From an uncultured delta proteobacterium (GTDB lineage Bacteria; Myxococcota; Myxococcia; SLRQ01): a stretch of 64,000 nt of DNA. Shown here piece after piece: positions 35,466 through 46,192 of this stretch (position 1 is the first letter of the stretch; every line of letters starts with the position of its first letter). The notes below the pieces were generated by a model, which saw only the letters and a program-made list of their open reading frames with translations, had not been told where the DNA came from and did no database searches. The DNA is taken from assembly GCA_963727485.1 (NCBI GenBank), contig CAVSGM010000001.1:768001-832000 (forward strand), read 5' to 3'. The position numbers and the translations under genes are program-made.

Positions 35466-36905
35466 TCAGGCGGCCTTGGCCACCTGCTGGAGCTCGGTGT
35501 TCAGCTCGCGCAGCACCTTCTTGGCGTCGCCGAAGATCATCAGGTTGTTGGGCATGTCGAAGAGGTCGTTCTTGATGCCCGCGAACCCCGGCGAGAGGCT
35601 GCGCTTGATGACGAAGACGGTCTTGGCCTGGTGCACCTTGAGGATGGGCATCCCGTAGATGGGGCTGCCGGGCTGGGTCTCCGCCACCGGGTTGACCACG
35701 TCGTTGGCGCCGACCACGATCACCGCGTCGGTGTTGGCGAAGTCGGGGTTGATCTCGTCCATCTCCACCAGCTTCTCGTAGTCGACGTCGGCCTCGGCGA
35801 GGAGCACGTTCATGTGACCGGGCATCCGGCCGGCGACCGGGTGGATGGCGTAGCGCACCTTGCAGCCGCGCTTCTCCAGGGTCTCGCCCAGCTCCTTGCA
35901 GGCGTGCTGGGCCTGGGCCACCGCCAGGCCGTAGCCGGGGACGATGATGCAGGTCTGGGCGGCCTCGAGGATCATCGAGGCCTCCTCGGCGTCCACCGAG
36001 CGCACGTTGGTGTACTCGCCGCCGCCGCCGCCGCCCGAGGCCTGCTCGCCGCCGAAGCCGCCGAAGAGGACGTTGGGGAGCGAGCGGTTCATCGCCTTGC
36101 ACATGATCTGCGAGAGGATGATGCCCGAGGCGCCGACCAGGGCGCCGGCGATGATCAGCAGGTTGTTCTGGAGCACGAAGCCGGTGGCCGACGCCGCCAT
36201 GCCCGAGTAGGAGTTCAACAGGGAGATGACCACCGGCATGTCGGCGCCGCCGATGGGGATGACCAAGAGCACCCCGAGGACCAGGGCGGCGCCGGTGATG
36301 GCGAGGAGCATCCAGGCGTTGGTCCCGGCGTCGGCGACCCCGAAGACCTGCCACATGCCCACCCCGACGATGCCCAGGGCGAGGACGGCGTTGATGAAGT
36401 GCCGCCCGGGGATGAGGATGGGGTTGCCCGTCATCTTCCCGTTGAGCTTCATGTAGGCGACGACGCTGCCGGTGAAGGTCACGCCGCCGATGAGCACCGA
36501 GAGGATGATGGTGACCGCCGGGGTGGTCTGGAGGACGTGGGCCGGGGTGTTGTTGATCCCCGGCTCCACCAGGTCGAGCCAGAACACCGAGAGGGCCACC
36601 AGGGTGGAGGCCGCGCCGCCGAAGCCGTTGAAGAGGGCGACCATCTCCGGCATCGAGGTCATGGCCACCTTCACCGCGGCGATGGCCCCGATGAGGCTGC
36701 CCACCACCACGCCGACCAGGATCCAGCGGTAGTCGATGCGGCCGAGGTGGACCAGGGTCGCCAGCATCGCCAGCAGCATGCCCACCCAGGCGATGGCGTT
36801 GCCGCTGCGGGCGGTGCGCACCTTGGAGAGGCGGGCCAGCCCGATGATGAAGAGGACCGAGGCGACGAGATAGGTGATGGAGACGACGACGGCGGTGGCG
36901 CTCAT
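35466..36905 (-). CDS. pntB: NAD(P) transhydrogenase subunit beta
   Basis: MPEMVALFNGFGG, GGADMPVVISLLNSYSG, HPVAGRMPGHMNVLLAEA. Confidence 0.97.
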   Translation of the reverse strand: MSATAVVVSITYLVASVLFIIGLARLSKVRTARSGNAIAWVGMLLAMLATLVHLGRIDYRWILVGVVVGSLIGAIAAVKVAMTSMPEMVALFNGFGGAASTLVALSVFWLDLVEPGINNTPAHVLQTTPAVTIILSVLIGGVTFTGSVVAYMKLNGKMTGNPILIPGRHFINAVLALGIVGVGMWQVFGVADAGTNAWMLLAITGAALVLGVLLVIPIGGADMPVVISLLNSYSGMAASATGFVLQNNLLIIAGALVGASGIILSQIMCKAMNRSLPNVLFGGFGGEQASGGGGGGEYTNVRSVDAEEASMILEAAQTCIIVPGYGLAVAQAQHACKELGETLEKRGCKVRYAIHPVAGRMPGHMNVLLAEADVDYEKLVEMDEINPDFANTDAVIVVGANDVVNPVAETQPGSPIYGMPILKVHQAKTVFVIKRSLSPGFAGIKNDLFDMPNNLMIFGDAKKVLRELNTELQQVAKAA

Positions 36906-36961
36906 GGCGGCTTCCCTAATAGGAGGGCAGTGTTGCCTGACGGTGCGGGGGGGCTACCGGT

Positions 36962-37246
36962 TCACTCGCGGTGGCCGAACATGCGGAGCATCCGGTCGGT
37001 GACCAGGAAGCCGCCGACGACGTTGATCATGGCGAACGCCACGGCGAAGGCGCCCATGACGTTGCTCTCGGTGACCATGGCGGTGGTCGCCACCGACAGG
37101 GCCCCGACGATGGTGATGCCGCTGATGGCGTTGGCGCCGGACATCAGGGGCGTGTGCAGGGTCGGGGGGACCTTGTTGATGACCTCGAAGCCCACGAAGG
37201 TCGCGAGGACGAGGACGTAGATGCTGACGAGGAGGGCCGATGTCAT
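36962..37246 (-). CDS. pntA: NAD(P) transhydrogenase alpha subunit, membrane part
   Basis: VPPTLHTPLMSGANAISG, INVVGGFLVTDRML. Confidence 0.95.
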   Translation of the reverse strand: MTSALLVSIYVLVLATFVGFEVINKVPPTLHTPLMSGANAISGITIVGALSVATTAMVTESNVMGAFAVAFAMINVVGGFLVTDRMLRMFGHRE

Positions 37247-38388
37247 GCCGCGTCTCCCTGCTTGAGCGCCTCGGCGGTGGGTGCGTGGCGCACCTCGCCG
37301 GCGTGGGTGAGGAGCGCGCCCTGGAGGATCTCGTCCTCGAGGTCGAGCTCGAGCTTGCCTTCCTTGGCCAGGAGCAGCACCAGCGCCTGGACGTTCCGGG
37401 AGTAGAGGGTGGAGGCGTCGAGGGGCATGGTCGCCGGGAGGTTCCGGTGGCCGATGATCTTCACCCGGTGCTTCACCACGTCCTCGCCGGCGACCGAGAG
37501 CTCGCAGTTGCCGCCCTGCTCCACGGCCATGTCGACGATGACCGAGCCGGGGCGCATGGACTCGACCATGGCCGCGGTGATGAGCTTCGGCGCCGCCTTG
37601 CCCGGGACCAGCGCGGTGGTGATCACCACGTCGGCCTCCTTGACGCGCTCGGCGACGATGGCCTGCTGCTTGGCCAGGAAGTCCTTGGTGACCTCCTTGG
37701 CGTAGCCGCCGCTCTCGGCGCCCGACTGCATGTCGGGGAGGTCGATGAACTTGGCGCCCAGCGACTCCACCTGCTCCTTGACCTCGGCGCGGATGTCGCT
37801 GACCTCGACCAGGGCCCCGAGGCGCTTGGCGGTGGCGATGGCCTGGAGGCCCGCGACGCCGGCGCCCATGATCACCACCCGGGCCGGCTTCACCGTGCCC
37901 GCGGCGGTCATCAGCAGGGGGAAGTACTTGCCGAGGTTCGCCGCCGCCAGGAGCACCGCCTTGTACCCGCCGATGGAGGCCTGTGACGACAGGACGTCCA
38001 TCTTCTGGGCCCGGGTGATCCGGGGGATGAGCTCCATGGCGATGGACTCGATCTTCCGGTCGGCCAGGGTCTGGACCATGTCGAGGTGGGCGTAGGGGGC
38101 CAGCAGCCCGATGGCCACCGCGCCCTCCTTCATGCCCTTGGCCTCGTCATCCTCGAGGTGCCGGACCTTGAGGACCAGGTCCGCCTCGGCCAGCGCCGCC
38201 TTGGGGTCGGAGACGATCTTGGCGCCGGCGGCCTCGTAGTCGGCGTCGAGGAGGAAGCTGCCCTCCCCGGCTCCGGACTCGACCTGGACCTCGATCTCCG
38301 CCTTCGCCAGATGGCGGATGGTCTCGGGAACGATGGCGACCCGGGTCTCGCCCGGGTGCCGCTCTTTGGGAATGAAGGCCTTGATCAT
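37243..38388 (-). CDS. pntA: NAD(P) transhydrogenase alpha subunit, domain I
   Basis: ETRVA, RITRAQKMDVLSSQ, GAGVAGLQAIATA, GGYAKE, GGNCEL. Confidence 0.96.
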   Translation of the reverse strand: MIKAFIPKERHPGETRVAIVPETIRHLAKAEIEVQVESGAGEGSFLLDADYEAAGAKIVSDPKAALAEADLVLKVRHLEDDEAKGMKEGAVAIGLLAPYAHLDMVQTLADRKIESIAMELIPRITRAQKMDVLSSQASIGGYKAVLLAAANLGKYFPLLMTAAGTVKPARVVIMGAGVAGLQAIATAKRLGALVEVSDIRAEVKEQVESLGAKFIDLPDMQSGAESGGYAKEVTKDFLAKQQAIVAERVKEADVVITTALVPGKAAPKLITAAMVESMRPGSVIVDMAVEQGGNCELSVAGEDVVKHRVKIIGHRNLPATMPLDASTLYSRNVQALVLLLAKEGKLELDLEDEILQGALLTHAGEVRHAPTAEALKQGDAA

Positions 38389-38424
38389 CGCCCGATTCCG
38401 CCTTGTGTCTGTGAGGGGGGGGTG

Positions 38425-38886
38425 TCAGTCGAGGTAGCGGAACACGAGCTCCGCGACCATGGCGGGCTTGTCGCCACCTTCGACCTCGGCGACCGCCTTG
38501 AAGATGCATTGGACGCCGCCGGGGACGTCGTCGACGCTAGCAACCTCCATGCCCATTCGGATCCGCTTGCCCACGGGCACCGGGCTGGGGAAGCGCAGCT
38601 TGTTCAGCCCGTAGTTGATCGTCATCTTGATGCCCTGGACGTCGATGACCTCGTGGTAGAGGTGCGGGACCAGCGACAGGGTCAGGTAGCCGTGGGCGAT
38701 GGGGCCGCCGAAGGGCGACTCCTTCTTCGCGCGGTCCACGTCGACGTGGATCCACTGGTGATCCAGGGTGGCCTCGGCGAACTGGTTCACCCGCTCCTGG
38801 GAGATCTCCATCCACTCGCTGTAGCCCAGGTGCTGCCCGACCAGGGCCTTCACCTCGGCGGTGCCGTTTGCGACCGTCCCTGCCAT
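38425..38886 (-). CDS. MaoC family dehydratase
   Basis: FAEATLDHQWIHVD, PIAHGYLTLSL, NYGLNKLRFPSPV. Confidence 0.92.
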   Translation of the reverse strand: MAGTVANGTAEVKALVGQHLGYSEWMEISQERVNQFAEATLDHQWIHVDVDRAKKESPFGGPIAHGYLTLSLVPHLYHEVIDVQGIKMTINYGLNKLRFPSPVPVGKRIRMGMEVASVDDVPGGVQCIFKAVAEVEGGDKPAMVAELVFRYLD

Positions 38887-39059
38887 GCGCGGCCTCCGAT
38901 GCCGTTTGGGTTCGCCGGGACAGGACCGCACCGTGGCAACGATGTCAAGGCGCACAATTCGCGCAACGCGCCGGGAATAGCGCAAGAGATGCCGGGTCTT
39001 GCGCGCATAGGTGGCGCACACAGGGCGGGGAGACCCCCGTATCCCCCGGGGGGTCGGCC

Positions 39060-40027
39060 CTAGCGATTGGGGTCGAGGACCCGGCGGGCCGCGGCGGGGA
39101 GGGCGAAGGCGGCCCGGTGGACCGCGGCGTCGTACCACTCGAGGCCGGCGAGGGCCGAGGCCCGGTCGGCGTCGACGTCGGCGGGGTCGTCGCCGAAGGT
39201 GCCGAGGGCCAGGTTCCAGAGGCCCCCGGGGTAGACCGGCGACCAGCACTGGTAGACCGCGGCCCGGGGAAGACCGCCGAGAGCCCGGCGTGGGCGAGGC
39301 GCAGGGCCTCGGGGAGCGCGAACCAGCTGCCCGCCTGGACCGCCACCGCCCCCTCGGGTCGCAGCCGCGCCTTCACCGCCTCGTAGAAGGGCTCGGAGAA
39401 GAGGACCCTCCCGGGGCCCACCGGGTCGGTGGCGTCGACGACCACCAGGTCGTAGGGCTCGCCCGCCGCCGCGAGGAAGGCCAGGCCGTCGGCGTGGTGG
39501 AGGTGGAAGCGCGGGTCGTCGTCCAGGGGCCCCGCGCCGTCCGGCCGGCGCCACACGGTGGGCAGGAGGTCCCGGGCGGCGGCGGTCACCTCGGGGTCGA
39601 TGTCGACCAGGTCCACGTGGGCCACGTCCGGGTGGCGCAGGGCCTCCCGGGCCGAGCCCCCGTCGCCGCCGCCGATGACGAGCACCCGGCGGTCGGACGC
39701 CCGGCGGGCGCCGCGGCGGCAGAGCCCCGGGTGGACCAGCAGCTCGTGGTAGCTCGCCTCCCCGCGCTCGGCGACCTGCACCGCCACGTCGAGGACCATC
39801 ACCCGCCCGAGGTCCACGGTGTCGAGGACCCGGAGGTGCTGGAAGGGCGTGACCCGGTCCCGGAGGACCGCCTTCACCTCGAAGGTGTGGAGGGTCCCCG
39901 GCGCCCAGCGCTCGGTGAAGGCGTCGCCGCCTGGGGACAGGTCGTCGGGGCGGATGTCCATGGGCTCGCCGTGCGGGACGCCGACGGCGTCGGCGTCGGC
40001 GGGCGGGGCGCCGGCGTGACCGCTCAC
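39060..40027 (-). CDS. speE: Spermidine synthase (frameshift in C-run near 39268)
   Basis: TPFQHL, YHELLVH, VLVIGGGDGG, VVVDATDPVGPG; C-terminal PVYPGGLW..WYDAAVHRAAFALP in the other frame. Confidence 0.88.
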
Positions 40028-40416
40028 GTCCCGGTGCTCGCCTTGGCCTCGAGGACCGCCGCCGGCAGGGGCAGGGTGCCCCGGGCCTTCTCGTGGTACT
40101 CGATGTGGCTCGCCTTGAACCGCACCCGCAGCAGGTCCGCGAGGCGCGAGAGCTGGGTGGTCTCGGAGCAGGTGAACAGGTCCACCGCCGCGTAGCCGTG
40201 CTCGGGCCAGGTGTGGATCGCCAGGTGGCTCTCGGCGATGACCACCACCCCGCTGACCCCGTGGGGGGCGAAGGTGTGGAAGACCTCGTCGACCACGGTG
40301 GCCTTCAGGTCGATGGCCGTCTGTCTAAGGAGACTCTGGAGATAGGGGAGGTCGTTGAGGACCTCGGGGTCGCAGCCGTAGAGATCGAGAAGCGCGTGGC
40401 GTCCGAGGCTCAGCAT
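40024..40416 (-). CDS. speD: S-adenosylmethionine decarboxylase proenzyme
   Basis: LGRHALLDLYGC, GVSGVVVIAESHLAIHTWPEHGYAAVDLFTC. Confidence 0.96.
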   Translation of the reverse strand: MLSLGRHALLDLYGCDPEVLNDLPYLQSLLRQTAIDLKATVVDEVFHTFAPHGVSGVVVIAESHLAIHTWPEHGYAAVDLFTCSETTQLSRLADLLRVRFKASHIEYHEKARGTLPLPAAVLEAKASTGT

Positions 40417-40479
40417 CCAGCGGTCTCCTCACCAGGCGAGCGCGACGCGCCCGACGACCGAAAGAGGAAAAGAGACGGC

Positions 40480-40509
40480 TGACTAACTGTGATTCCCCCG
40501 TCATGTCAA
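40480..40509 (-). promoter_or_regulatory. Probable sigma70-type promoter of speD-speE
   Basis: Minus strand TTGACA-N18-TAGTCA in an AT-richer gap. Confidence 0.45.
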
Positions 40510-40535
40510 GGGGAAAGCGCTTCTCGGGTGCGGAT

Positions 40536-41438
40536 TTAGCCGATGAGATAGCGCTCGCCGCCGTCGCAGAGCACCGTGGCCACCCGCTTGCCGGGGCCGA
40601 GCTCGCCGGCCAGCTTCAGGGCCGCCCAGACGTTGGCGCCCGACGACGGGCCCACCAGGAACCCCTCCTCCCGGGCGAGGCGCTCGGCCATCCGGTGGGC
40701 GTCCGGGTCGGAGACCTGGATCACCTCGTCGATGAGGCCGGTGTCGAGGACCGGGGGCACGAAGCCGGCGCCGAGGCCCTGGATCCCATGGAGGCCCGGG
40801 CGGCCCCCGGAGAGGACCGGCGAGCGCCTCGGCTCCACGGCGCAGAGGCGGGCCTGGGACCCCTGGGCGCGCAGGTAGCGCCCGACCCCGGTGAAGGTGC
40901 CCCCGGTGCCGACCCCGGTGACGAAGGCGTCGAGGCGGCCCTCGAGGGCGGCGAGGAGCTCGGGGCCGGTGGTCTGCTCGTGGGCGGCGGGGTTCGCCTT
41001 GTTCTCGAACTGCTGGGGCATGAAGGCCCCAGGCTCCTTGGCCACCAGCTCCCGGGCCCGGTCCACCGCCCCCTGCATCCCCGCGTCGGCCCGGGTCAGC
41101 TCGAGGTCGGCGCCGTAGGCGGCGAGGAGGTAGCGGCGACCCACGCTCATGTCGTCGGGCATCACCAGGGTGCAGCGGTAGCCCCGGACCGCGGCGATCA
41201 TCGCCAGGCTGATGCCGGTGTTGCCGCTGGTGGGCTCGACCAGGGTGGCCCCGGGGCCCAGAAGGCCGTCGGCCTCGGCGGCCTCGACCATGGCCCGCGC
41301 CGCCCGGTCCTTCACGCTCCCCGAGGGGTTCTTCGCCTCGAGCTTCACCCACACCTCGGCGACGTCGTCACCGGCGAGGCGGGTGAGGCGGACGGTGGGC
41401 GTGTCACCGACGAGTCCCAGGGGGCCGGGGCGGTCCAT
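40536..41438 (-). CDS. cysK: Cysteine synthase A
   Basis: KLEAKNPSGSVKDR, EPTSGNTG, GVGTGGT, HGIQGLGAGFVP, DGGERYL. Confidence 0.94.
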   Translation of the reverse strand: MDRPGPLGLVGDTPTVRLTRLAGDDVAEVWVKLEAKNPSGSVKDRAARAMVEAAEADGLLGPGATLVEPTSGNTGISLAMIAAVRGYRCTLVMPDDMSVGRRYLLAAYGADLELTRADAGMQGAVDRARELVAKEPGAFMPQQFENKANPAAHEQTTGPELLAALEGRLDAFVTGVGTGGTFTGVGRYLRAQGSQARLCAVEPRRSPVLSGGRPGLHGIQGLGAGFVPPVLDTGLIDEVIQVSDPDAHRMAERLAREEGFLVGPSSGANVWAALKLAGELGPGKRVATVLCDGGERYLIG

Positions 41439-41565
41439 GTCCCCGTTGTTACGACGCGCGGGCGCACCGGTAAAGCCCGGGCCCGGGGCGGCGCCGGATC
41501 CGGGGTGGCCCCCCGGGAGGCTCCAGGCTCGTGACGCGACGCGTTTCGTCGTACCCTGTCCGGCG

Positions 41566-42528
41566 ATGCAGCCACCGCCCCTGCCCCCGAAGGGCCTCCA
41601 CGCCCTGGCCACCGAGGCCCTCATCGAGAAGGCCCTCGACGAGCCGGCGGCCCGCCGCGCCTGCATGGTCACCCTCCGGGACCGGGACGAGCTCCGGGCC
41701 CAGGCCGCCGCGGCGCTCCTGTGCTTCGACCTCGCCAAGGGCGGCGACGACGTGGCCCAGGGCGAGCTGGCGCTGCTGCGGCCCACCCTCGACGCCCTGG
41801 CCGCGGATCCCGACGCCGCCGACGAGCTCCTCGCCGATCCCCCGGCCCTCCAGGCCCTGTGGGAGGCGGCCCAGGAGGTCCTGGAGCAGGCCGATCCCCG
41901 GGACTTCGCGCCGGTGCTCCGCCAGGAGGTCGACGCGGAGCTCTCCCTGGACCTCCTCGGCGACGACGACGCCCCGGAGCTGGGCAACGCCGCCGACGAG
42001 GCCCGGGTCCGGGCCGAGGAGCTGCGCCGGCTCCTCGCCGAGCACCTGGGGGTCGACGCCGGGGAGCGCCGGGTGGTGCGCCTGGGCAAGGGGCTGGCCA
42101 TGTCCACCCCCGCCGACGTGGACCGGGTCGAGGCCTTCCTCCGGGAGGTCGACGCCCGGGCCCACCTGGTCCCGGCGGCGCGCGGGCTCTCGTGCCTCGG
42201 CCACCTCTTCGTCGCCACCCATCTGCGCCGGCACAACGTCTTCGGGGCCCTCAACCCCCGGCGGGCGGCGGCGGTGCGGGCGGGCCTGGCGCGCCTCGCC
42301 CGCCTCGACGCCGAGGTCGAGTCGGTCCTCGAGGCGGCGGCGTTCTTCGCCTTCGAGGGCGAGCACACCGAGGGCTTCGAGAAGGTGATCGAGCTGATGC
42401 TCGACTACCTCGCCTTCGCCGGGGAGGCCGGCGCCGACCCCTACGCCTCCGAGACCGCCTCGGCCTACGCCGCCGCCGGTCGCCTCCCGCCGCCGGTCCT
42501 CGGCGGGCCCGATCGCCGCCGCCGCTGA
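41566..42528 (+). CDS. Hypothetical acidic helical protein
   Basis: Clean ORF with typical codon usage; no family recognised. Confidence 0.6.
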   Translation: MQPPPLPPKGLHALATEALIEKALDEPAARRACMVTLRDRDELRAQAAAALLCFDLAKGGDDVAQGELALLRPTLDALAADPDAADELLADPPALQALWEAAQEVLEQADPRDFAPVLRQEVDAELSLDLLGDDDAPELGNAADEARVRAEELRRLLAEHLGVDAGERRVVRLGKGLAMSTPADVDRVEAFLREVDARAHLVPAARGLSCLGHLFVATHLRRHNVFGALNPRRAAAVRAGLARLARLDAEVESVLEAAAFFAFEGEHTEGFEKVIELMLDYLAFAGEAGADPYASETASAYAAAGRLPPPVLGGPDRRRR

Positions 42529-42735
42529 CGGGGGAGCGGGGACCTCCCCGACCGTGCGTTCGGCGCCACACCGTGAAGGGACCGCCCGGCGCCGGGCCCC
42601 CCTGGTAGGTCGGTAACTCCCCGGAAAACAGGCGTTTGGCCCGCTTTCGGGATCCTGGCCCGCCCGTTGTAATGCCCCAGGGGGACCACGCGGCCGGCCC
42701 GGTGCCGGTCCCGATCAACGAGGAGGGACCTTTCC

Positions 42736-43299
42736 ATGAACCGCCACGCCAGGGGCTTTCTCATCGTCGCGCTCTCGAGCCTGCTCTCCGGGGGCTGCAT
42801 CTTCGTCAGCGGCGGGCCGTGCCAGGGCGCCAACTGCCGCGACCACTCCATCCAGCCCACCGCCACCGACACCGACGGCGACGGGATCCCCGACTCCCAG
42901 GAGGCGCAGTACGGGACCGATCCCAACAACCCGGACACCGACGGCGACGGCCTCACCGACGGCCAGGAGGTGAAGCTGGGCACCGACCCGACCAACCCCG
43001 ACACCGACGGCGACGGGGTGCCCGACGGCCAGGAGGTCACCAACGGCACCGATCCCCTCAAGGCCGACACCGACGGCGACGGCCTCTCCGACGGCGACGA
43101 GATCGGCCTGGGCACCAACCCCCTGAAGGCCGACACCGACGGCGACGGGCTCTCCGACGGCGCCGAGGTGAACCGCGGGACCGATCCCCTCAAGGCCGAC
43201 ACCGACGGCGACGGCGACTCCGACGGAGCCGAGATCCAGTGCGGCAGCTCGCCCCTCGATCCGTACATGACCTGCGCCAACGCGTCGCACTGCCCCTAG
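42736..43299 (+). CDS. Lipoprotein with thrombospondin type-3-like Ca-binding repeats
   Basis: Lipobox LSGGC; six DTDGDG repeats; GAGGAGG RBS. Confidence 0.85.
   Translation: MNRHARGFLIVALSSLLSGGCIFVSGGPCQGANCRDHSIQPTATDTDGDGIPDSQEAQYGTDPNNPDTDGDGLTDGQEVKLGTDPTNPDTDGDGVPDGQEVTNGTDPLKADTDGDGLSDGDEIGLGTNPLKADTDGDGLSDGAEVNRGTDPLKADTDGDGDSDGAEIQCGSSPLDPYMTCANASHCP
42868..43263 (+). repeat. Six 66-bp coding tandem repeats (DTDGDGxxDxxE...GTDP)
   Basis: GACACCGACGGCGACGG recurs every 66 bp. Confidence 0.9.
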
Positions 43300-43321
43300 A
43301 ACGCGGTGCACGCGCCTCCCG

Positions 43322-43355
43322 CGGGCGCCCGGGCTGAAGGTCCGGGCGCCCGTTT
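43322..43355 (+). terminator. Possible intrinsic terminator
   Basis: CGGGCGCCCGGGC-TGAAG-GTCCGGGCGCCCG stem followed by TTT. Confidence 0.5.
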
Positions 43356-43414
43356 CGTGATCGGGCGTCGCCCCCGTTGACCGCCGGCCGGCCCCGGCGC
43401 CAGGATCCGCCGCC

Positions 43415-44482
43415 ATGGGACGCTCGCTGGTTCGTGCCCTCCTCGCCCTGGCCCTCCTCGTCGCCGCCGGCCCCGCCCGGGCCAACGACCTCGACGTGGG
43501 CCTTCTGGCCAAAGTCCCCGCCGGGCGGCAGCCGGCGGTCACCGTGACCCTCCACAAGGCGGTGCGCCGCCTCACCCTCCGGCTCCAGGGTGACGACGGC
43601 CGGCGCCTGACCCTCACCCGCCACCGCCTGCCCCTCGGCCGCAAGGTGGTCCTGCCGCTGCGCCAGGGGGTGGGGCGGGTCGCCTGGCGCGGGCGCCTCG
43701 AGGTGCGGTTCGCCGACGGCACCAAGGGGGCGATGCCCCTGCACTTCGAGACGGTGGTCGCCTCGCCGATCCACCTCACCGCCGTCGCCACCCGGGACGA
43801 CGTCCTCGCCGGCCACGCCGTGGTCCGGGCCGACCACCCGGTGCGACAGGTCACGGTGAAGGTCTTCGGCGAAAAGGGCGCGCCGCTGGGGACCACGGTG
43901 CTGCCCTTCCACGACGCCGCCCCGGGGACGCCCCTGAAGCTCGCCTGGACCCGGTCCGGACCCGGGACGCCGCTGCGGGTCGAGGTGACCGTCACCGATC
44001 CCGACGGGATCACCGGCGGGCTCACCTGGTACCCCTGGGAGGTGCGCATCCCCCACCGGGAGGTGCGCTTCGACACCGGCGAGGCGGTCATCCGCCCGGA
44101 CCAGGTGGGCAAGCTGAAGTCGGTGCTCGCGGCCCTCCGGGCGGCGCTCCGGCGCTACGGCCGGGTGGCGAAGGTCTCCCTGTGGATTGCCGGCCACACC
44201 GACACCGTGGGGACGGCGGCGGCGAACCAGGTCCTCTCCGAGGACCGGGCCCGGGCCATCGCCCGCTGGTTCGAGGCCCAGGGGATAAGCGTACCGATCC
44301 ACTACCGGGGCCTGGGGGAGACGGCGCCGGCGGTGGCGACCCCCGACGAGACCGCCGAGCCGAGGAACCGCCGCGCCGACTACCTGGTGGCCGCGTCCGA
44401 TCCCCTCGCGGGCAAGACGCTCGCCGGGCACTGGACGCGCCTGAAGGACACCGGGGGTGGACACCGCGCGCCGGGCGGGTAG
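43415..44482 (+). CDS. Secreted OmpA C-terminal (peptidoglycan-binding) domain protein
   Basis: Signal peptide; IAGHTDTVG..NQVLSEDRARA..GLGE..NRRA. Confidence 0.88.
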   Translation: MGRSLVRALLALALLVAAGPARANDLDVGLLAKVPAGRQPAVTVTLHKAVRRLTLRLQGDDGRRLTLTRHRLPLGRKVVLPLRQGVGRVAWRGRLEVRFADGTKGAMPLHFETVVASPIHLTAVATRDDVLAGHAVVRADHPVRQVTVKVFGEKGAPLGTTVLPFHDAAPGTPLKLAWTRSGPGTPLRVEVTVTDPDGITGGLTWYPWEVRIPHREVRFDTGEAVIRPDQVGKLKSVLAALRAALRRYGRVAKVSLWIAGHTDTVGTAAANQVLSEDRARAIARWFEAQGISVPIHYRGLGETAPAVATPDETAEPRNRRADYLVAASDPLAGKTLAGHWTRLKDTGGGHRAPGG

Positions 44483-44494
44483 GCTCCCGCGGCC

Positions 44495-46192
44495 ATGTCC
44501 CAGCGCCTCGCGACCCTCGCCGCCCTCCTCTGGATCGTGCCGGCGGCCGCCCTGGCGGCGCCCCCGGCCTCTGGCCCCTGCGCCACGCCGCGGTCGGCGG
44601 TGCAGGTCCTCCTCGACTGGCAGCAGCCGGACCACACCGATTGCGACAAGGCGGCGGCGTGCCTCGAGCTCCCCGCCGGGACCGCCCCCAAGGTGGCCCG
44701 GACCCGGGCGCGGCAGATCAAGGACGTCCTCGACGGCCGGGGCCTCTTCGTCAAGGTCTCGCAGATCCCCGACACCCCTGGCTACACCGCCAAGGACGGC
44801 CGCGCCCGGGTGGTCCTCTTCCCCCGCCGGCTGCCGGAGTTCTACCTGCGGAAGGTCGGGGGCCGGTGGCTGTGGAGCGCCGAGACCGTGGCCGCGGCGC
44901 CGAAGCTCCACCGCAAGGTCTTCGCCCTCGACCTCCGCAGCCTCCAGGACCATCTCCCCGGATGGGCCCGGGGCGAGGTGATGGGCCTCCAGGCCTGGCA
45001 GCTCCTGGGGATCCTGATCGTCCTGCTCCTCGGCCTGGTGGTCCGCCTCCTGGTGATGCTCCTGGTGGCGAGCCAGGCCCGGCGCCTCATGGGCCGCCTG
45101 GGGGCGAAGTGGGGCGAGGAGATCCTGGCCCGGGTCGACACCCCCCTGGGGACGCTGGCCGCCGCGGGCACCATCGCCGTGCTCCTGCCGGGCCTCCACC
45201 TCCCGGTGCGCCTGGTGGAGGTCGCGCTCCTCGCCCTGCGGGTGGTGGCGGCCTTCAGCGTGGTGTGGGTCGCCTACCGCCTGGTCGACGTGGTCACCGG
45301 GTGGCTCGATCACAAGGCGGCGATCACCGAGACCAAGCTCGACGACCAGCTGGTGCCCCTGGTCCGCACCGCCCTCAAGATCTTCATCGTCGCCCTGGGC
45401 GTGGTCTTCGTCCTCCAGAACCTCGACGTGGACGTGGGCAGTCTGCTCGCCGGCCTCGGCCTCGGCGGTCTCGCCTTCGCCCTGGCCGCCCGGGACACGG
45501 TGGCGAACCTCTTCGGGGCGGTGACCATCTTCCTCGACCGGCCCTTCCAGATCGGGGACTGGGTGGTGGTCTCGGGGGTCGAGGGGATCGTGGAGAAGGT
45601 GGGCTTCCGCTCCACGCGCCTGCGGACCTTCTACAACTCCCTGGTGGCGGTCCCGAACCACGTGGTCGCCGGCGCGTCGGTGGACAACTACGGGAAGCGC
45701 GAGTACCGGCGCACGGTGGTCACCCTCTCGGTCACCTACTCGACCACCCCCGAGCAGATGCAGGCCTTCGTCGAGGGCATCCGCGCCATCGTCCAGGCGA
45801 ACCCCTACACCCGCAAGGACTACTACGAGGTCCACTTCTCAGGCTTCGGGGAGAGCGGGCTCTCGGTGATGGTCTACTTCTTCTTCAAGGTGCCCAGCTG
45901 GAGCGACGAGCTCCGGGAGAAGCACCACGTGTTCCTGGAGATCCTCCGCCTCGCCCACGACCTGGGGGTGCGCTTCGCCTTCCCCACCCGGACCCTCGAG
46001 GTGGAGCGGCTGGCCGAGGCGGCCCCGGCGCCGGCGCCTTCGGTGCCCGGGGACCTGGCGGCGGTGGTCGAGGGCTACGGGCCCGGTGGCGGGCGGTCCC
46101 GGCCCGGGGGCCCGAAGCTCACCTCCGGGTACTTCGCCGCCACCGAGCCGGCGGGCTCGACCCGGGGCGAGACCACCGCCGACGACGACTGA
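44495..46192 (+). CDS. Mechanosensitive channel, MscS family, with periplasmic N-terminal domain
   Basis: SLLAGLGLGGLAFALAARDTVANLF, DRPFQIGDW, GFRSTRLRT, FAFPTRTL. Confidence 0.92.
   Translation: MSQRLATLAALLWIVPAAALAAPPASGPCATPRSAVQVLLDWQQPDHTDCDKAAACLELPAGTAPKVARTRARQIKDVLDGRGLFVKVSQIPDTPGYTAKDGRARVVLFPRRLPEFYLRKVGGRWLWSAETVAAAPKLHRKVFALDLRSLQDHLPGWARGEVMGLQAWQLLGILIVLLLGLVVRLLVMLLVASQARRLMGRLGAKWGEEILARVDTPLGTLAAAGTIAVLLPGLHLPVRLVEVALLALRVVAAFSVVWVAYRLVDVVTGWLDHKAAITETKLDDQLVPLVRTALKIFIVALGVVFVLQNLDVDVGSLLAGLGLGGLAFALAARDTVANLFGAVTIFLDRPFQIGDWVVVSGVEGIVEKVGFRSTRLRTFYNSLVAVPNHVVAGASVDNYGKREYRRTVVTLSVTYSTTPEQMQAFVEGIRAIVQANPYTRKDYYEVHFSGFGESGLSVMVYFFFKVPSWSDELREKHHVFLEILRLAHDLGVRFAFPTRTLEVERLAEAAPAPAPSVPGDLAAVVEGYGPGGGRSRPGGPKLTSGYFAATEPAGSTRGETTADDD

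Noticed and set aside
38887..39059. Rex operator upstream of the maoC-pnt genes
   Set aside because: TGTCAAGGCGCACA has TGT-N8-ACA spacing, not the TGT-N10-ACA of Rex sites; the nearby GCGCAAGA/TCTTGCGC repeat could not be assigned.
42868..43263. 66-bp periodic repeats as CRISPR
   Set aside because: They are in-frame coding repeats (DTDGDG Ca-binding motif) with synonymous variation.
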